DNA of 64,000 bases from Styela clava (lineage: Eukaryota): positions 9,362,001 through 9,426,000 of the forward strand of contig NC_135263.1 in NCBI RefSeq assembly GCF_964204865.1. The letters run 5' to 3'. Below the pieces are notes generated by a model. That model searched no databases. It saw nothing but the letters and a program-made list of their open reading frames with translations, and was not told the origin of the DNA. Every line of letters begins with the position of its first letter. The stretch's first letter is position 1. Made by a program: the position numbers and the translations under genes. Shown here one piece after another: positions 28,801 to 43,800 of this stretch.

Positions 28801-31800
28801 AAAGAATTCCGGTATCTCGTAATGCCCCTAACAAGATTTCACGCGTTAGTAACGCCGTAATATCGCATACGTCTGTCAATGCAGACATGTTCGCCTTCAT
28901 GTCATCATCACCTATTCGTGACTGTTTACTTGTGTTAGAAAGCTTTTTTACAGAAGTTACCAATTACGCATGAATAAATTTAAATCTGTAAAATGTGCGC
29001 TTTGTTCTTGTTGTCATGGAAACAATTTAATTTCAATATTTGTAACGTCAGAGAAGATTTAATAACCGATTTCTGTACTAAAACCAAATAAAGTGGTTGG
29101 AATATGATAATGCGCCATGAACGTCATATTGCCCATACGTAACTGCCATATTTTGATATTTGAGATGAAAACATTTGTGGTAATTTATTATCACAATCAA
29201 CACTCTGCATTGTATAAAAAAACTCAATAATAACGAAAACTGCTTCATTTTCTATATGTGTCATTCAGCTAATAAACGATATAATTAAAAAACATCTTTA
29301 AATGTAAATTGAATTTGAGGAATATTTTCGTTTTTGTGCCATAGTGTGTTAGTTTTAAGGTCGAACAACAAGACATTAATTTGCGGAATTTGTGTTTAGA
29401 TATCAATAATTTTATCAAGATCAAACTTTCTCTTGTAGATAATAAACAGTCAGATTTAACAAGAGATGTCGTGATTGTTTGATTTTTTTTGGAGAAATAT
29501 TCGATTTTATCTTGTATTATATAAGTGCAAAATAAGTTGTCAGTAAACAAAAGAATTTTTGTTGAACGAAATTTATATGTCTAAAATCGAGATGATTAAT
29601 TTTGTAATTGTTTAATTTTAAACAAAAAATGAAAAGTTGTTTTTCAAGTAAAAAAATTTTGATAAAATCATTCTGTTCAGATTTCGTAAATCGTAGTTTT
29701 GATCAACTCAAAGGATCATGCAATAGCATAAGAATGTAAGCTTTAAATTATTGTTTAAATTTTATTTGACTCCGTTATGAGCATATTAATGTTTTGCATA
29801 TTAAAGTTAAACTTTTTTTTGTACAAGCTCCATAATACTAAATCAAACAAAATATGAATATAATTGCAGAATATTGTTGACGATTTGGTTTGTCAAAACC
29901 CATTGACTCGACGTCTAAAATGACGTCAACCTGGCATTTCAGCTCTAGGAGTGTTTCACCTCACAAAGCTATAATATATTGAATTTTTTATCATTGTATT
30001 GCCGTATCTAAAATTAATCATATATTGTTTTCAGACTAAAACCTTTTCGTACTAAAACTTCGTTTTATTGACTTTTCGCCAAATTTAATTAACGCTACTC
30101 ACTATAATTGAGCGAATAATTTATCTAAAACTAATTTATTACAATAATCATTGACATTTCCTACCAAATTAATCCAACTAACCTAAATAACAGTCATTTA
30201 TAATAATATCAAATAGCGATTACAAGAAAAAACATTAGTCCAATTTAATATGCATTTAAAGTAAATTAAGAAAGAGTTTAAGTTACATTATTTTTCTCTA
30301 TATAAATTCAAGCAAAACACCTATCGCAACGGATCGACAGTACAAAACGTCAATTTATCATCATTTATTCAGCCATTTCTGTAATAATCGAAACAGGAAA
30401 TTGGGCAATGGGTCATAAAACCGTATATATATTCATTCTCGGAGAAAGAAAGACCTGTTTCCGCAATATTATATGATTTCGTGGCTATTGAATTAATATG
30501 TATAAGGTATTCAATGGAGTTTCACCCTAGCAGCTTGTAGCATATTGGGAGATTAGTCGGTTTCCATGCATATAACGAAACGTGTTTCTAGAAATGGTCG
30601 AGCAATTATATTAGAATTACATAGACTAGACACCATTTCTGCCTACTATGCAGCATAGTGGTCGAGCACATATGTAGGTACTACAATTTCCTTTTATAAC
30701 TCCAGTTATGTATGTAAAAAGCGCACTGAAAATTGAATCCAGTAAACATCTTTTAAAGCAAATGTGTTTGTTACTGATCAGTTCGTTTTAGTTAAAATAA
30801 GAATTGGGAATATTTTTTTCATTCACGAACTGATTCAAACAGTTCAAAAAATTATAGTCATATTGCCTCTAAAAATCGGCGCACCGTCGGTATAATAAAT
30901 AGGCATGATTCGAAGCAATATTAATAAACCTATTTGTACTTTTGTTGCAAAAGAAACAGACTAAAGTAAAGATCATAAAATCATATTAGTAATGTCCGGA
31001 TGTATGCCTCAACCTGTCAAAGATATGGTTTCAAAAAGAGTATTGTTCACCATTTACTGCATTAAATATAGATTGAGTCTTAACATTTAATTCTTTGAAT
31101 CAGTATATTTTACATTGGACCTTTATATATTAGTAGGTTACTAGGAAGGACGTAGGTTCATTATCCGGTTAAGCGGTTGATTCACAAACACACAGCCTCT
31201 ACAAGAATGAAATTATTTTTTATTTTGCGGAAATACCATCTTACTTTCCCCTCATGACTTGATAATAACCCGTCATTCAATCGGTTCGTATTATTAAGAG
31301 TATTTAGGTACTGGTTCATTCTCAATTTAATTTCAATACATTCTCTCTCAATCTGAGAATAAAATAGATTGCTTATCAATGGGCATCACCTACAGCCGTT
31401 AAATCTTAAATAAAGGTATGTTTTTCACCTAGCGGCGATCGAAGTATTTCATACGCAAATATCTCACATTATATTGAAGATCTCTTCAGAAAGTTGAATG
31501 TTTCTATTCTTACATCTCGGAGTTGCAATGTATTGTATTTTCTTGCCACGCTTTCTTTTTTGGCTCATATCTGAGCGGCAATTCTCAATCATATCAATTA
31601 AGCTTAACTTTTGAAAGACCAGAATATTGCTTTTTAAATCTGTATCGTCACTACAAATGATCAGATACGCAATTTATTGTTGATATTAGCATACCCAGAT
31701 TTCTATTTTATTCTATTGCTTGACAATGGTTTCACTTAGATTACTTCAGTTTTATAGGTGCTAAATAATTGGAGTTTTGTCTATTTTACCCGCAGCTTTC

Positions 31801-34729
31801 ATTCAAATCATCGAGTCTTGTACAATGTAAAGAATATATGTTTGTGCCATATTTTTGTATTACTTGACATGAGATCCTTAAGCCCATGGGCTTTGTCGAT
31901 ATGTATATTTACAGGCAATCAGAAATAGATTTTCAACTATTTCTATGTGCTTTTCGCTTCCAACTCACATGTATATTTATTTAAAAAGCGTATCAAGCAT
32001 GTTACATGACGGCGTGACGAATAATTTTGCTCTATTTCATTTGCATTTTCAGTCTAGCAGAAAGGATCATGTCGACAGTGACGCTGGGGGAATTTCTATG
32101 TCAGCAAGGGGATTTTATTCGCTTGTAAATTAGCCAATTTGACGGGATTGATATTCGAGAATTATTTTCCTAAATTTTCCTTCATTTTGGATATTTACAA
32201 AGCTTTAAAATATCGCAAAACAGGATAAATTTATAGCATAACAAAATGGTGAAAAGGATGTCTTGTTAGGATATCAGATCAAATGACGTTTTTGTGCATT
32301 AAAAACTAGCATAAAGCAAGGCAGTTACAAATGTATATACACAATCTTGTAGAGAAAGTAAAACATTTTAATCGCTTGGAGGAAAACAGATATATTCACA
32401 TTGTATAGATCAGGCTTGTAAGAAAAGCAGAGAAAATGTGCTTGAGCTCACAGGAAATGACTTAAAACCATCATAGAGAAGGCTGAAAATATAAACAGTT
32501 CTTTTCAAAGTGTTGCTGCAAGTTGTCAAGAAATTTGTGCATACTAAAAGTGTTAACATAATGACAGCAGATCAACACGGTGTAGCTTTGTGGGTTCTTT
32601 TCTGGTTACCAAGTAAAACCAGGTAAAACCGCAGTATATGAAGAAAATACAAAGATATAATCAATGTTTTTACAATTTGATATAAAAAGATAATATCACG
32701 AACTAGCAATTAGATGACTACGTTGCATATTTACTGTATAAAAATCTCGCGCCAAATTCATCCTTTCGTGACATGTTGCATATGGAAGTCGAATGAATCA
32801 TTATAAAAAGTAAAAGTAATATTAAACTCCTTTAATCGCTAAACAATAGAGATATGTGAAAGGAAATGGGGCATGACTTGAAGAATCGCTCAAAAACGGG
32901 AAGCTTGACTTCTTGAGAGCCTATGTTATCCCAATCTATTGTTTGACTTGATGATCATTCCACGGATCTTTGTTTTAATGGATCCGCTCATCTTATGCAG
33001 GAAGTTCTAAAAAGAGTGTTAGGGTAATATTAATCACAAACATATTGTGTTGTCTTATTATTTTATATAAATCTCATATTATAATTTACCGGATATCCAC
33101 ATACCGTCTCATCTTCGAGCATATGACTCTGAATCGAATATCTTAAAATAATTAACAGATGCTCCTCACGTATGCACTTTTGACTGTTAATTTTTCACTT
33201 TGGTATTTCAGAATAATATTCAATAAATCTTCTACTTAATTAAAATCTAATTATTATTCAAAAATGTGATAGTGGACACTACTCGCCAAAAGAAGTTGCA
33301 TGCTTGTATGTTTTTAAAATTACCAATTACCCACTAGAATAGGCTTCCAATGACCAAATGGTCAATTTGATAAAAGGTTCAAATATCAGTTAAATATACT
33401 AACAAAACTATCTCATACGTTGCAACGTATATTGTTGATTCAATAGCTTTTTTATATATTAAAATTATATATTATTATCATTATTTGACATTATAACAAT
33501 AATATTCCAAAATTTTAGAAATATAACATTTTAAAAATACTGGGCATTTTGAATAAAATTGCAACTGAAGTGACGAAGATTCATTAAAAACTCTAAAAAC
33601 TGCTGAAAACATCTCATCTATTTTTTTCACGTATTCTAGAAAAATTAAACAGACATGTATCATTGTTCATTTGTTCATCATAAAAGGTCAGGACTACAAA
33701 ATTTATATTAATATATAATTAATATATATAAAAATAGTCTATATGTTTGATTTTGGACTTCTTCAAGTTGAATTGCGTATGTAAATTTTATGCCTAGATT
33801 CTAAAAATCTGTAAACGACCAAAAATTTATCTTTGTTGCCAACTGCGTCTGAAAGCTTTCTATAGAAATGTTTTTTCAACTATTGCATCTATAAAATAGG
33901 CAGTGAGTATGGAGTAATGAATGACAATTTAAACAATTTCCACTGTGAACTGTGAAAGCTTATTATATTAAGTTGTAGTAGGACTAACTAACTGACAATG
34001 ACTTCGGTCAGTTACTAAACGCTTTCAATATTCCTTCCAATATGATAGTGGTTTTGTTTTAGAGAAACATCGCAAAGTTACAAAACGACGTGATGCGAGA
34101 GAATAATTTATCCGAGAGAACAATACAACATCGACGATCAACCAACCACACGACTCCGTTCATTTCTCTTTTTATCTCTATTTTTGTTTTGTTGATAAAG
34201 GTCTCTCGTTCTTACAATCGTTTAGCGAACGGCATGATGTGTTTAGGATTAACAGGGATCGCATTTTAGTTTTCGGATACGATGCGGATAAGACGGGATG
34301 TAGAAAGGAATAGATTTAGATATAATTCCCCGATTTCAATAGAAGTGGGAGACTTGAAGATAACCTATTTAAATGCGTAGATGTCTTCAAGTGTGGTTAA
34401 ACGTTTCTAGCCCAGTACAAGCTGGGTCGTAAACTGTGCAAAGTTAATTGATATATGCGGATGTAATATCCTATCTATAAAAACATGAGGCAATGTGCAT
34501 GAGAAGGTATTTTTTAATGAGTTAGATAAAATGAGAAATTTGTTGTGGTTTGAAATTTTCATTATAGTTTTACGGAGATAAATGAGTTTTTGTGTGCGGT
34601 TTTAATGAAGCGACTTACGCGATTTGGTTTAAATACTACGGTTTTTTAACGAATATCCCAAATTATTATTTCCTCAACAATTTATTGCTATATTTGAATT
34701 GAACAGTTTGGTCAGAATAATAAATAATA

Positions 34730-34746
34730 TGTTCTTTGGTTTCAGA
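34730..34746 (+). promoter_or_regulatory. Candidate splice acceptor 74 nt upstream of the Dach ATG (5' UTR intron or SL trans-splice site)
   Basis: TGTTCTTTGGTTTCAG|A pyrimidine tract plus CAG. Confidence 0.45.
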
Positions 34747-34819
34747 TTCAATTAAGTGAAGTAGTAAAAAATATTTAAAAGTTTTCAAAGACAATTGTCC
34801 ACACCCTACAATTCTCAAA

Positions 34820-34894
34820 ATGTCTCTCGGTCTTATGATGAACAATAACTGGGATCGAATAAGCATGACTTCTCCACAGCTTCAAGCGTACAAG
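34820..34894 (+). CDS. Dach: Dach coding exon 1 (MSLGLMMNNNWDRISMTSPQLQAYK)
   Basis: ATG at 34820 with an in-frame upstream TGA (34757). Donor AAG|GTATGT is phase 0, matching exon 2. No homology support for this peptide. Confidence 0.7.
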
Positions 34895-37800
34895 GTATGT
34901 TTTCTATTTTTAAATTGGCATGTTCATCTTTTCCGACATTTCACCATTAAAGTTAAAAATAAAAGTTGGTATTCATCGGTATGTGTGATGCGTGTGTTTT
35001 TGGATCAAAAACTTGCTTTTGAAATCGCTAATGGTATCAATTACACTTTATGGTTTATTATTAATTTATAATATTAATCGAGCCGCGTTCGAGACATCGG
35101 AGTTAGAATAGCAGGTTGAGCGAAAAAAAGAGTTTCAAAACCTGCGGAATAAGCGCGTACACTTCGGAGTAATTGAAGGTGTGCTCTTGATATTTTCTAT
35201 AATATACACTTCATTGTCATGCTTACAGTTGCACAAAGTTATACATCGTTACTGTTATAGACTAGATAAAACACTCAGTTGTATAAATATGTAATATACT
35301 TTTTTTTGCTTTACCCATATGCTACCTTCCGTTTGCGATTATTTGCGCAAGGACGTCAGAACTTGGGACAAAACCATTCACTAACTATGCAGGATTACTA
35401 TAATAATACTAAAAGATTGTCTGAAATTTTTTTTTTTGCAAACATGCTTTTTGATGATATGAGTTTTACTTCCATAGAATTTGTACATTTCCATGTTACT
35501 TCTGGTAACATGAAAATGGCATTATTCCACACAATTACAAACATCAATTATAGATATATTTGCGGAATGATAGATTGGGGAAAAATAAATAAATGAGATT
35601 AAAATAAAAACTGTTTATGGATATATTTCGTACACATTTAGCATGATTTAAAAATTAATCGTACACTGATGAAAGCATAACATTCGAAATATTTATACTA
35701 TTTCTGTTCACTCCAACATATTTTGATAACAAATAGTTATATGAAAGTCAAAATTTCATATATGATAATCACGCCCATTAAACAAAATCAGCACGAGCAT
35801 CGAACGAGGATAAACGTATCCAATCAACATCCATCGCTAAATTTCGCGTCAGTCACAATTCGAAAAATGGCGGCCCGATTGTGGTTTCGTCAGCGTCGGG
35901 CTTACACGTAAAGTAAATTAATAATATTTTTGTCTTTCGATTTCCGTTGGAATTATTAGCAATCAGGCGACTATTAATCAAATTATATTCATCTGTCCAT
36001 ATTACCGAGAAACAAAATGAATCAACAACTAGTTGATACAAATTAGAATGTTAATAAATATCGTATATCCTAACTTAGAAAATATTAAAAGTCGGATGAT
36101 AAATCACCAATTTTCCCATTTCCTTCGCTACTTATTATTGCTCAATTCAATTCATGTATATCAAATGACTTAACAAAATGCAAATTGACTTCGATGGAGG
36201 GGAAACACAAATCTATGCGAGCTCTCATTACACTTCTTCCTTCGTCATTCAACTAACAAAACAATCCAACACGACAAAAGAAAACAAATCAAAATTATTG
36301 CATTTGTGCTATGAGTAAAAAATTCAGAAGTAAATGAATTTATAGGACAAAAGCTTCATAAAAAATGCAATTGTTTTCGTTTTGCCTATACTCTCATCCA
36401 TTTGGAGTTTGCAACATTTTTGATTGCAGAGAAGCGGTGAGTATAATTTAATAGTTAATGCATCTAAAACAACATTTTCTATCATAACTTTAAAATCTTA
36501 TTCATTTTCATCTATTTCTATTTTAGCGATAGTGGATCCGCTCTCGCACACGCCATTAGCATGTTTTAATATACTGCGGTTTGTACAGACACCTGATGTT
36601 GATATTAAAAAACCAAAATTAATATCCACACAATGATAGGGTGTCAAACACGTAATGAAATGGGTTTTGCATTGATATATGTTTTGTTTGACGCAGCCAA
36701 ATGGAATTCTATTTATGACTTGTTTTGTAAAAAGTTCTTGTAGTTTATATTATGTAAATATTAGAAGATAAACGACATAAAAAGTTTCTATATTTTGTGA
36801 CTTCAATGTATTCCATTGTATGTGAACATTCAATTTTGGCAAAAAAAAACAGGTCGAAACTGCATATCTGCAAATACATACTTTATTTTATTAATATAAT
36901 TTGTGAGTTTCATAAAAACAAATAGAAGAGCTATTTAGAGAGATCACGCCTATTTCAACAATAACCTGAAAAAGTAATGAAGATGAATGCTACTTGATAT
37001 CATATTAAGATTAATCTAAAAAGCCCTTGGCGCAAATGAAATCTTGTTGGTGCATGGCACCAATGGATTTGTTATGAATGAAGTTTATATTAATCCTACC
37101 GCTAATGTAAATCATCTAACAAATAATTGTCAATCAAACACCAAATCATATATCATTTAACTTGACTTTACGATTATACAAAATATACATTATACAAGAA
37201 TAAAATAAGTAAACTCAATCGACACAACCGCTTTTTGCTGTTCGAATATGCACCATATTATATTTTCATTTTATGTCACGCGTTGCTCAATAGGCCGTCA
37301 CAAACAAAAAGCTAAATACGCGTTAAGAGGATGACAAAATAACGACTCGGAATTTTGAACCCACAACTTGTCGAACAGATTTAGAAATTTTGGCGGTGAT
37401 CGCCATTTTAATGATATATGCAATGGTGTAGGGAAAGCCGACATTGGACCAAAGTTTAAAATATGGCAACTATCGGGGCTACCTGGGGAGTGATATATGT
37501 TTTTAAACACATAAGTTATTTTTTCCCAATATTCAAACTTATCTCTACAAGCACAATAAGATTAGCATACTGTTAATATTTCGAGATCCATGTTACCAAA
37601 CGTATTCAGTATAACTCCTATGAGTGACTAATTGACTGTGTTTCCGATAAACTATAATCCCCCATATTATTTCATATATTATATTTTATTATAACACCAT
37701 TGTCTTTTAATCCAGCAATTATTTTGTTGTAGTACAATAAATAGCAACCATGTTATTATAAAATTAGTTTAAATATAAAATAAATACTAATTAATATTGA

Positions 37801-40800
37801 AACTGTTATAATTGAGACGGATATCGACGTGACATATGAATTATATTTGTACAATCATGATTAGCCCGAGATACAGAATATTTATTTCATTTCTTTTTAT
37901 ATTGTCACGCATTTTGGTAAGCTTGGTTTACAAGGAATGTTACATATAACCAGCAAGCAAAATGCTTCGCTATTGGTAAGTCACTCCCACGTGTTTCAAT
38001 TTCTTTACTTATCCGAATATATTCACGATCGAGCAAGGTCCATTGATGGAATCTATCCGGTTTATATTCGGATCATGCTCGGGAAGTGGAAATATACATA
38101 CTGATTGAAACACGAAGTTGTGTAATAATATACAAAACATATGAAATGTTTTAATATTCGATATTTTTGCAAAAGATATTTTACATATGTCAATATTGAT
38201 GTTTTTACACGGTTTTCAATCTTCTTATACAAACCTGGCATTTTTTTCAAGTAGTTATTATTTTAAAAAGATAATCGTGTATGACTTCAAAATAAATAAA
38301 TAAAAAATTAATTTTTTTAATGTTAAAATAATTATTTCAATTTTAAATAATATTGTTATTGAATATAAATAAAACTGAAGAACAAAATTTTGCTGTGTTT
38401 GACTTGATATGAAAATGTAATGTTTTAATGTAAATGTCATAACATACGACGTGCCGCATTATTAACGACATAGTTAAGTAAATAGTACGGTTGAACGAGC
38501 CAAAAATCGTTTACGATGTGCATAGTTATAGAAGTATTTAATTTACGGCAAGGGAGATTAAAATCTTACCTTGTATTAATGAACATATTGTAATATGTCT
38601 TGCTTAGGTAACTGTTAAATAATGGAACATATTTTAGGTATGGTTTACAACAAAATGGAAGTATAATATTACCAGCTAATCATATTTATTGTTTTACTGT
38701 GCACAAGTCTATTCCATATATAAATATATAAAGAGTGAATATTTTCTATTTCAATAGAATGAGAGACCAGTGTACAGTACGCCACATCCAGTTCAGAGCA
38801 CTCCAGCCAACAACGAATGCAAACTGGTAGAACTGAGAGGAGTCAATATTGCAAGTTTTATGATCGGCGGCGAAGAGTTCATTTGCTTGCCACAGGTATA
38901 TATTCCATAACCACTCACATTCTCGATAACCAATATTGAAAAAAGCCTGATAGCTGTCACTTTCTGTCAAGTACTTGTGTCTGTCAGTAAACTAATGATG
39001 TTATATTTGCTCAGTAATGATGATAATGTAAACAAATTTTGCGCAGCGAACACTGTGTGTGTGATATTATATTATATACCATCATATTTCGCATGATATA
39101 TGTTTTTAAAAGTTACATAGATAATGAAGTATTTGATTCCCTTGTATTTCTATACTTTCATGCGGTTAAAATGTTACAGGTTTTTGACCGATTTCTCAAA
39201 CATCTCGTCGGAGGATTGCACACAGTTTATACCAAACTAAAAAGGCTAAATATCGCACCAGTTGTTTGCAATGTCGAACAGGTAAGACAGAGTCACATTA
39301 TACTCAAAAATTTACAAAATAATATTCTGAGCGTGAAACAGAAAAAGAAGCGAAAAAAAATAATAACCGAAAGAGTTTCGTTGGATAGATAATAATATAC
39401 TTCCGACAGGGTTTGATAATGAAAAATGGTATTATGGAATGATTATTTTTATTTATTTTGCGAAGTCTAATTTATGAAACATCTTCATCATAATTATATT
39501 AATATTATTATCACAGGTTCGTGTTTTGCGTGGACTTGGTGCCATTCAGCCGGGCGTCAACAGATGTAAACTCATTACACGAAAAGACTTCGAAACTTTG
39601 TATCAGGACTGCACCACTGCAAGGTAATCAAATCGGTAGCAAATGGATGGGCGGAAAATAATGATAAATGGAATCGAGTGTTGCATAAGAAAGAATTTTT
39701 CTTGTAGCTTCCACAATGTGGCTCGCGTGTCCTGCGAGTTCATTTCCTCTACCCTGCTGTGAATTTACATAGGGGGTGGTTTCATGACATTTCATTAACA
39801 AAGTAGATGGCAAATATGCCAAGTCCATCACCTGAAACAACACGACCATAATTAAGAATATTTTAATCTTATTGCAAGAATTTTGATGACACCTCAATTC
39901 AGAACGCGCGCCATTGCACCACGCCCCCGACGCGAATTTAAGTGGAAATTCGTGTATTTTTGTCAGGCATTTTTCGTCATAATTCGGTTTGCCCGCTGAT
40001 TTGACATAATACGCAGCGGCCGTTCAATTGCTTCGTTGGGACAATTCAATTATACTAATGTTTCAACTTGACATCACCAGCACAAAGAGGTTTAATATAG
40101 AGAAAACAGCGCCATATTGTTTGATTTAAGCCAATATTTCTCTGATTGAATGAGAAAATGAATCTTCTCCTAGCGTGAAAACTTTTACATGTTTGTGAGA
40201 TTACCCAAAGTGATAATCGACAAAGTTTTCAGACAATCGCTATCACTTTTCTATTGTCATGGTTATCGCTTTGAAATATGTTATTTTTTACCAATCAATA
40301 ACTATCTGTTTGGCACTCGAACTGTTTCTCTATTCCGCACTACTCGCATGTCTATTGTTTCTATATAAATATCCAAGATAAAAACATGTAATTTTCAAAA
40401 TATTCATTTTTAGTCGTCCAGGTCGTCCTCCGAAACGATATCCGATTCTTCCACCAACTGAACTTATGAATCACCACCCAGGAGCTCGATCAATAAATCC
40501 AGCTAGGGTAAGTAAGCTAAAGTATAGATATGTGGTCAACGTTTGTAGATTAACAGACTAATTAGAAATGGGGTTAAACCCATCTCTCCCTCTCTCATTT
40601 TATCACGCGTAATTTTGGGTTGATTGGAATAATAAGTTTCTTACTTGTATTGCACAATACCGGTGTGCTTTTATTGGTGCATATGATAAAAGAAAGTTTT
40701 TTATAAGAGTAACTTTCAAACATTGTTCAAAAACAGATCCACTTTTGTCTTTGTGTTTTTTATATAACAGTGAATGAATTAAATTTTTGGTAAACAAAAG

Positions 40801-43800
40801 TACAACTTAGGAAAACGGGAAATAACTGTCAGAATTCCACATAAATGCATTAGTTACTCTACCAAATTGAGAATATGAAATGGTTTCCATTTTTGAATGA
40901 TCAGGTGACAACATATTCTACACCGTTGAACTTGACTGGTTCCAATAGATCATCCTTCTATTAGAAAAAGTACAATCTTACTATATGGCATGTTAGAAGA
41001 AAACGCGATCGATTTCCATCTTGGTATCATATTTATCAAATAGTGGAGAAACAAACATCTATAACATATCACCAAGCTCTATTTTTCTACAATGCAAACT
41101 ATTATATAACCAAATATTTTCACCTCAATTCACAGGGCATCATGGGAGCGGCTGACCTCAGTAATTTCCATAAACGAATGAGATTAGATCACGAAGCAAA
41201 TTTTCACCAGCCTACACAGCCAGAAAGAAGAAGTATGTTTGCTTTGTGTTTGTTATTTGTTAAATTTCGTTACTAATTTGAGCATTGTTTTACGTCTGGC
41301 TAATATGTAAAGTCTGGCCCACACAATAGAGTAATTGTATGGCACGATACCACAAAAACTATACATCTATCTATCATCAGATCATACTTACGATTGATTT
41401 AGTTGCTACAAAACCATATCTAAATAAGTGCCTAAGTTAATATGTTGCTATGGAAATACCATAATTATTCTAATGCAAAAATAACTGCTTATAGTCAGAC
41501 TCTATATCCGCATACCGTGCTAATAAAGCATATTTGCATAAAGGTTAATTGAAATAACTGGTTTACATAAACAGATAAATAGTCCATTTTAGCGCTACGT
41601 AGCTTAATGTAATTCCTGATATATTTATTGTTATACTAAAAGCGAACAAAACTAACAGGAAATTACAAAGACAATAGAGATGTCGTTATTTAAGTGTTTT
41701 CTATCTAACTGTTCGAAGGAAGCCAACGTTTTTAATTGTTTGTGATTCAATGTACAATATATAAAATATTATTATAACAAAGTATTTAAATATTGAAATG
41801 ATTTTCCATCATATGAATATGCTTATAGAATTTTAAGTTGTTTTTAAATCCGTTTCCACAATTCTCTGAATACGTCAGAATTTTTTTTAAACGATTCGGT
41901 TCATACTTTCGGAAATAGAAAACGACCACATTTTCAATATGATATATGCACTTTCGAAGACATTTTTGCGCTTAATAAATATAGAGTTACCATAGTAAAA
42001 TTTACAAATTTCAAGAGATCCCTTCTTTTTTATAAAAGATAGGATTAATAAAAGCTTACCCAGCCTTGTGTTAACCATAATGAAATTACATACGTAATAG
42101 AAAGACTGGCTTACAGCAAAATCTGTAGTTATTTTTCTGAACACCGTAAGAACACAACGTTTATGAAATATAAGTAGAAGACCAGCATACACTGTTGAAA
42201 TATTTCGTAAATTTTGGCGATAAGCTAAAAACTCTTTTAAAAAGAGGCAGCATTGGTACTTGAACGCCACAGACATTGTATTAAGTTATATTTTAAGAGA
42301 CAATTTATTGACGCTTATACCTGGAAATTACGTCGGTTAACATCAGAATCGTAAATAAAAAATACATTATCCAGACTTGTTTTTCTACATACATTTATAA
42401 AAGACTATAAAATATCACTCATATTTACTAAATTTTGACGAAATAATTTTCTGGTTATCAGTGATACTACCGGATCATATGTTAGAAAATTATTAACTAT
42501 GATTTCGGAACCTCACACGAAGTTGCTGCTTTTTCGTCTTATTTTTTTTTGTATAACCTTCTCTTTTACAAATAAAACATTGAATCATTTGATTTTAGTG
42601 AGTACCAGCCCTACAAGAAGAAGTCCACCTACACCCAGAAAATATTCTTCAGGTCCAGGGGCAGATGATCTTTACACAAATGCTAACATTTACATACAGG
42701 TATAGTATTTTTGATCTTCGTATAAAAGTATTGAAAAAAACAAGAAATAACCACATTAGGAGTTTCTTATTTTATGACTAAAAGACAATATTTTGGGCTA
42801 AATCTGACATTGCATATCATTTTACAGCAAGCCATACGAAACCACTACCATCAGATTATTGCGAATGGAATTCACAATGGACTCAACCTACAGCATACTC
42901 AAATGAACGCAGCACTTGCACCCCTCATCGGAATGTCAAATCCAGCGTTGTTCAATGGTGCCATTCCGCCGAACATTCTGAGTCAATTCAACGAAGTACG
43001 CATATATTATTACTTGCATGTATTATTGAACACGGTTCACTTTTAAAAAAATCCATTTTTTTCCGAATATATTGGATGAAAAAGCTAATTTGGTCGCATT
43101 TGCCATTTTGAAAAAATATTTATCGAGAAATTAAAAAGTATCTACAGACAGAGCCCTAACTTCATTAACCTACTATATGGTAGGCAAATTCCTAACATTA
43201 AAAATAGTAAAAAAAATATGATTAACATTGATAGATGGCAAGGAATCCTTCAAATGAAGAGGCTGCAAGTTCGGGAACGAACTCGGGAGCTGATCGCGAC
43301 CAATCCTCACCAATACAGGTATTATTAGACTATATGTTATAATATATACAGGGTGTCCATAAAGTCCTGTAATAATATATTTCAACTCAAAAAAAGAAAG
43401 AGTGATTACATTTTTCGAATAAATTCCAACGTCAAAACCAATCAAAAGTTTTCATTTGGTAAAAAATATGCTTTGATTATAACAGAACAAAGATGACATG
43501 GATCATTCAGGAGGATCGCCATATCGTTCAGGAGGAAATAGAAACTCTCCATCGTACGAAGAATCAAAACTTCATCCATTTCATAAACCAAAAATTGTCG
43601 ACCGTGAAAGCTCGAATGAACGAAGGTACTTTTTTAATTTATTAACAATGTGGATTATTTGTATGGTTTTAGTCTTCAATTAATGAATAAATACGCTTTT
43701 TATTTATTGTTAAAAATTGTCGACCGTGAAAGCTCGAATGAACGAAGGTACTTTTTTAATTTATTAACAATGGGGATTATTTGTATGGTTTTAGTCTTCA

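Noticed and set aside
938-33663. Numerous 60-99 aa ORFs in the upstream region
   Set aside because: Composition reflects AT-rich codons (F/I/L/K/N/Y), many have non-ATG starts, and none shows domains or consistent exon chains.
35660-35695. CTGATGA...CGAAA, a hammerhead-like core
   Set aside because: The required stems do not pair convincingly.
43347-43450. TA-CAGGGTGTCCATAAAGTC, a Tc1/mariner-like end in Dach intron 9
   Set aside because: No matching opposite end found, so no element can be delimited.
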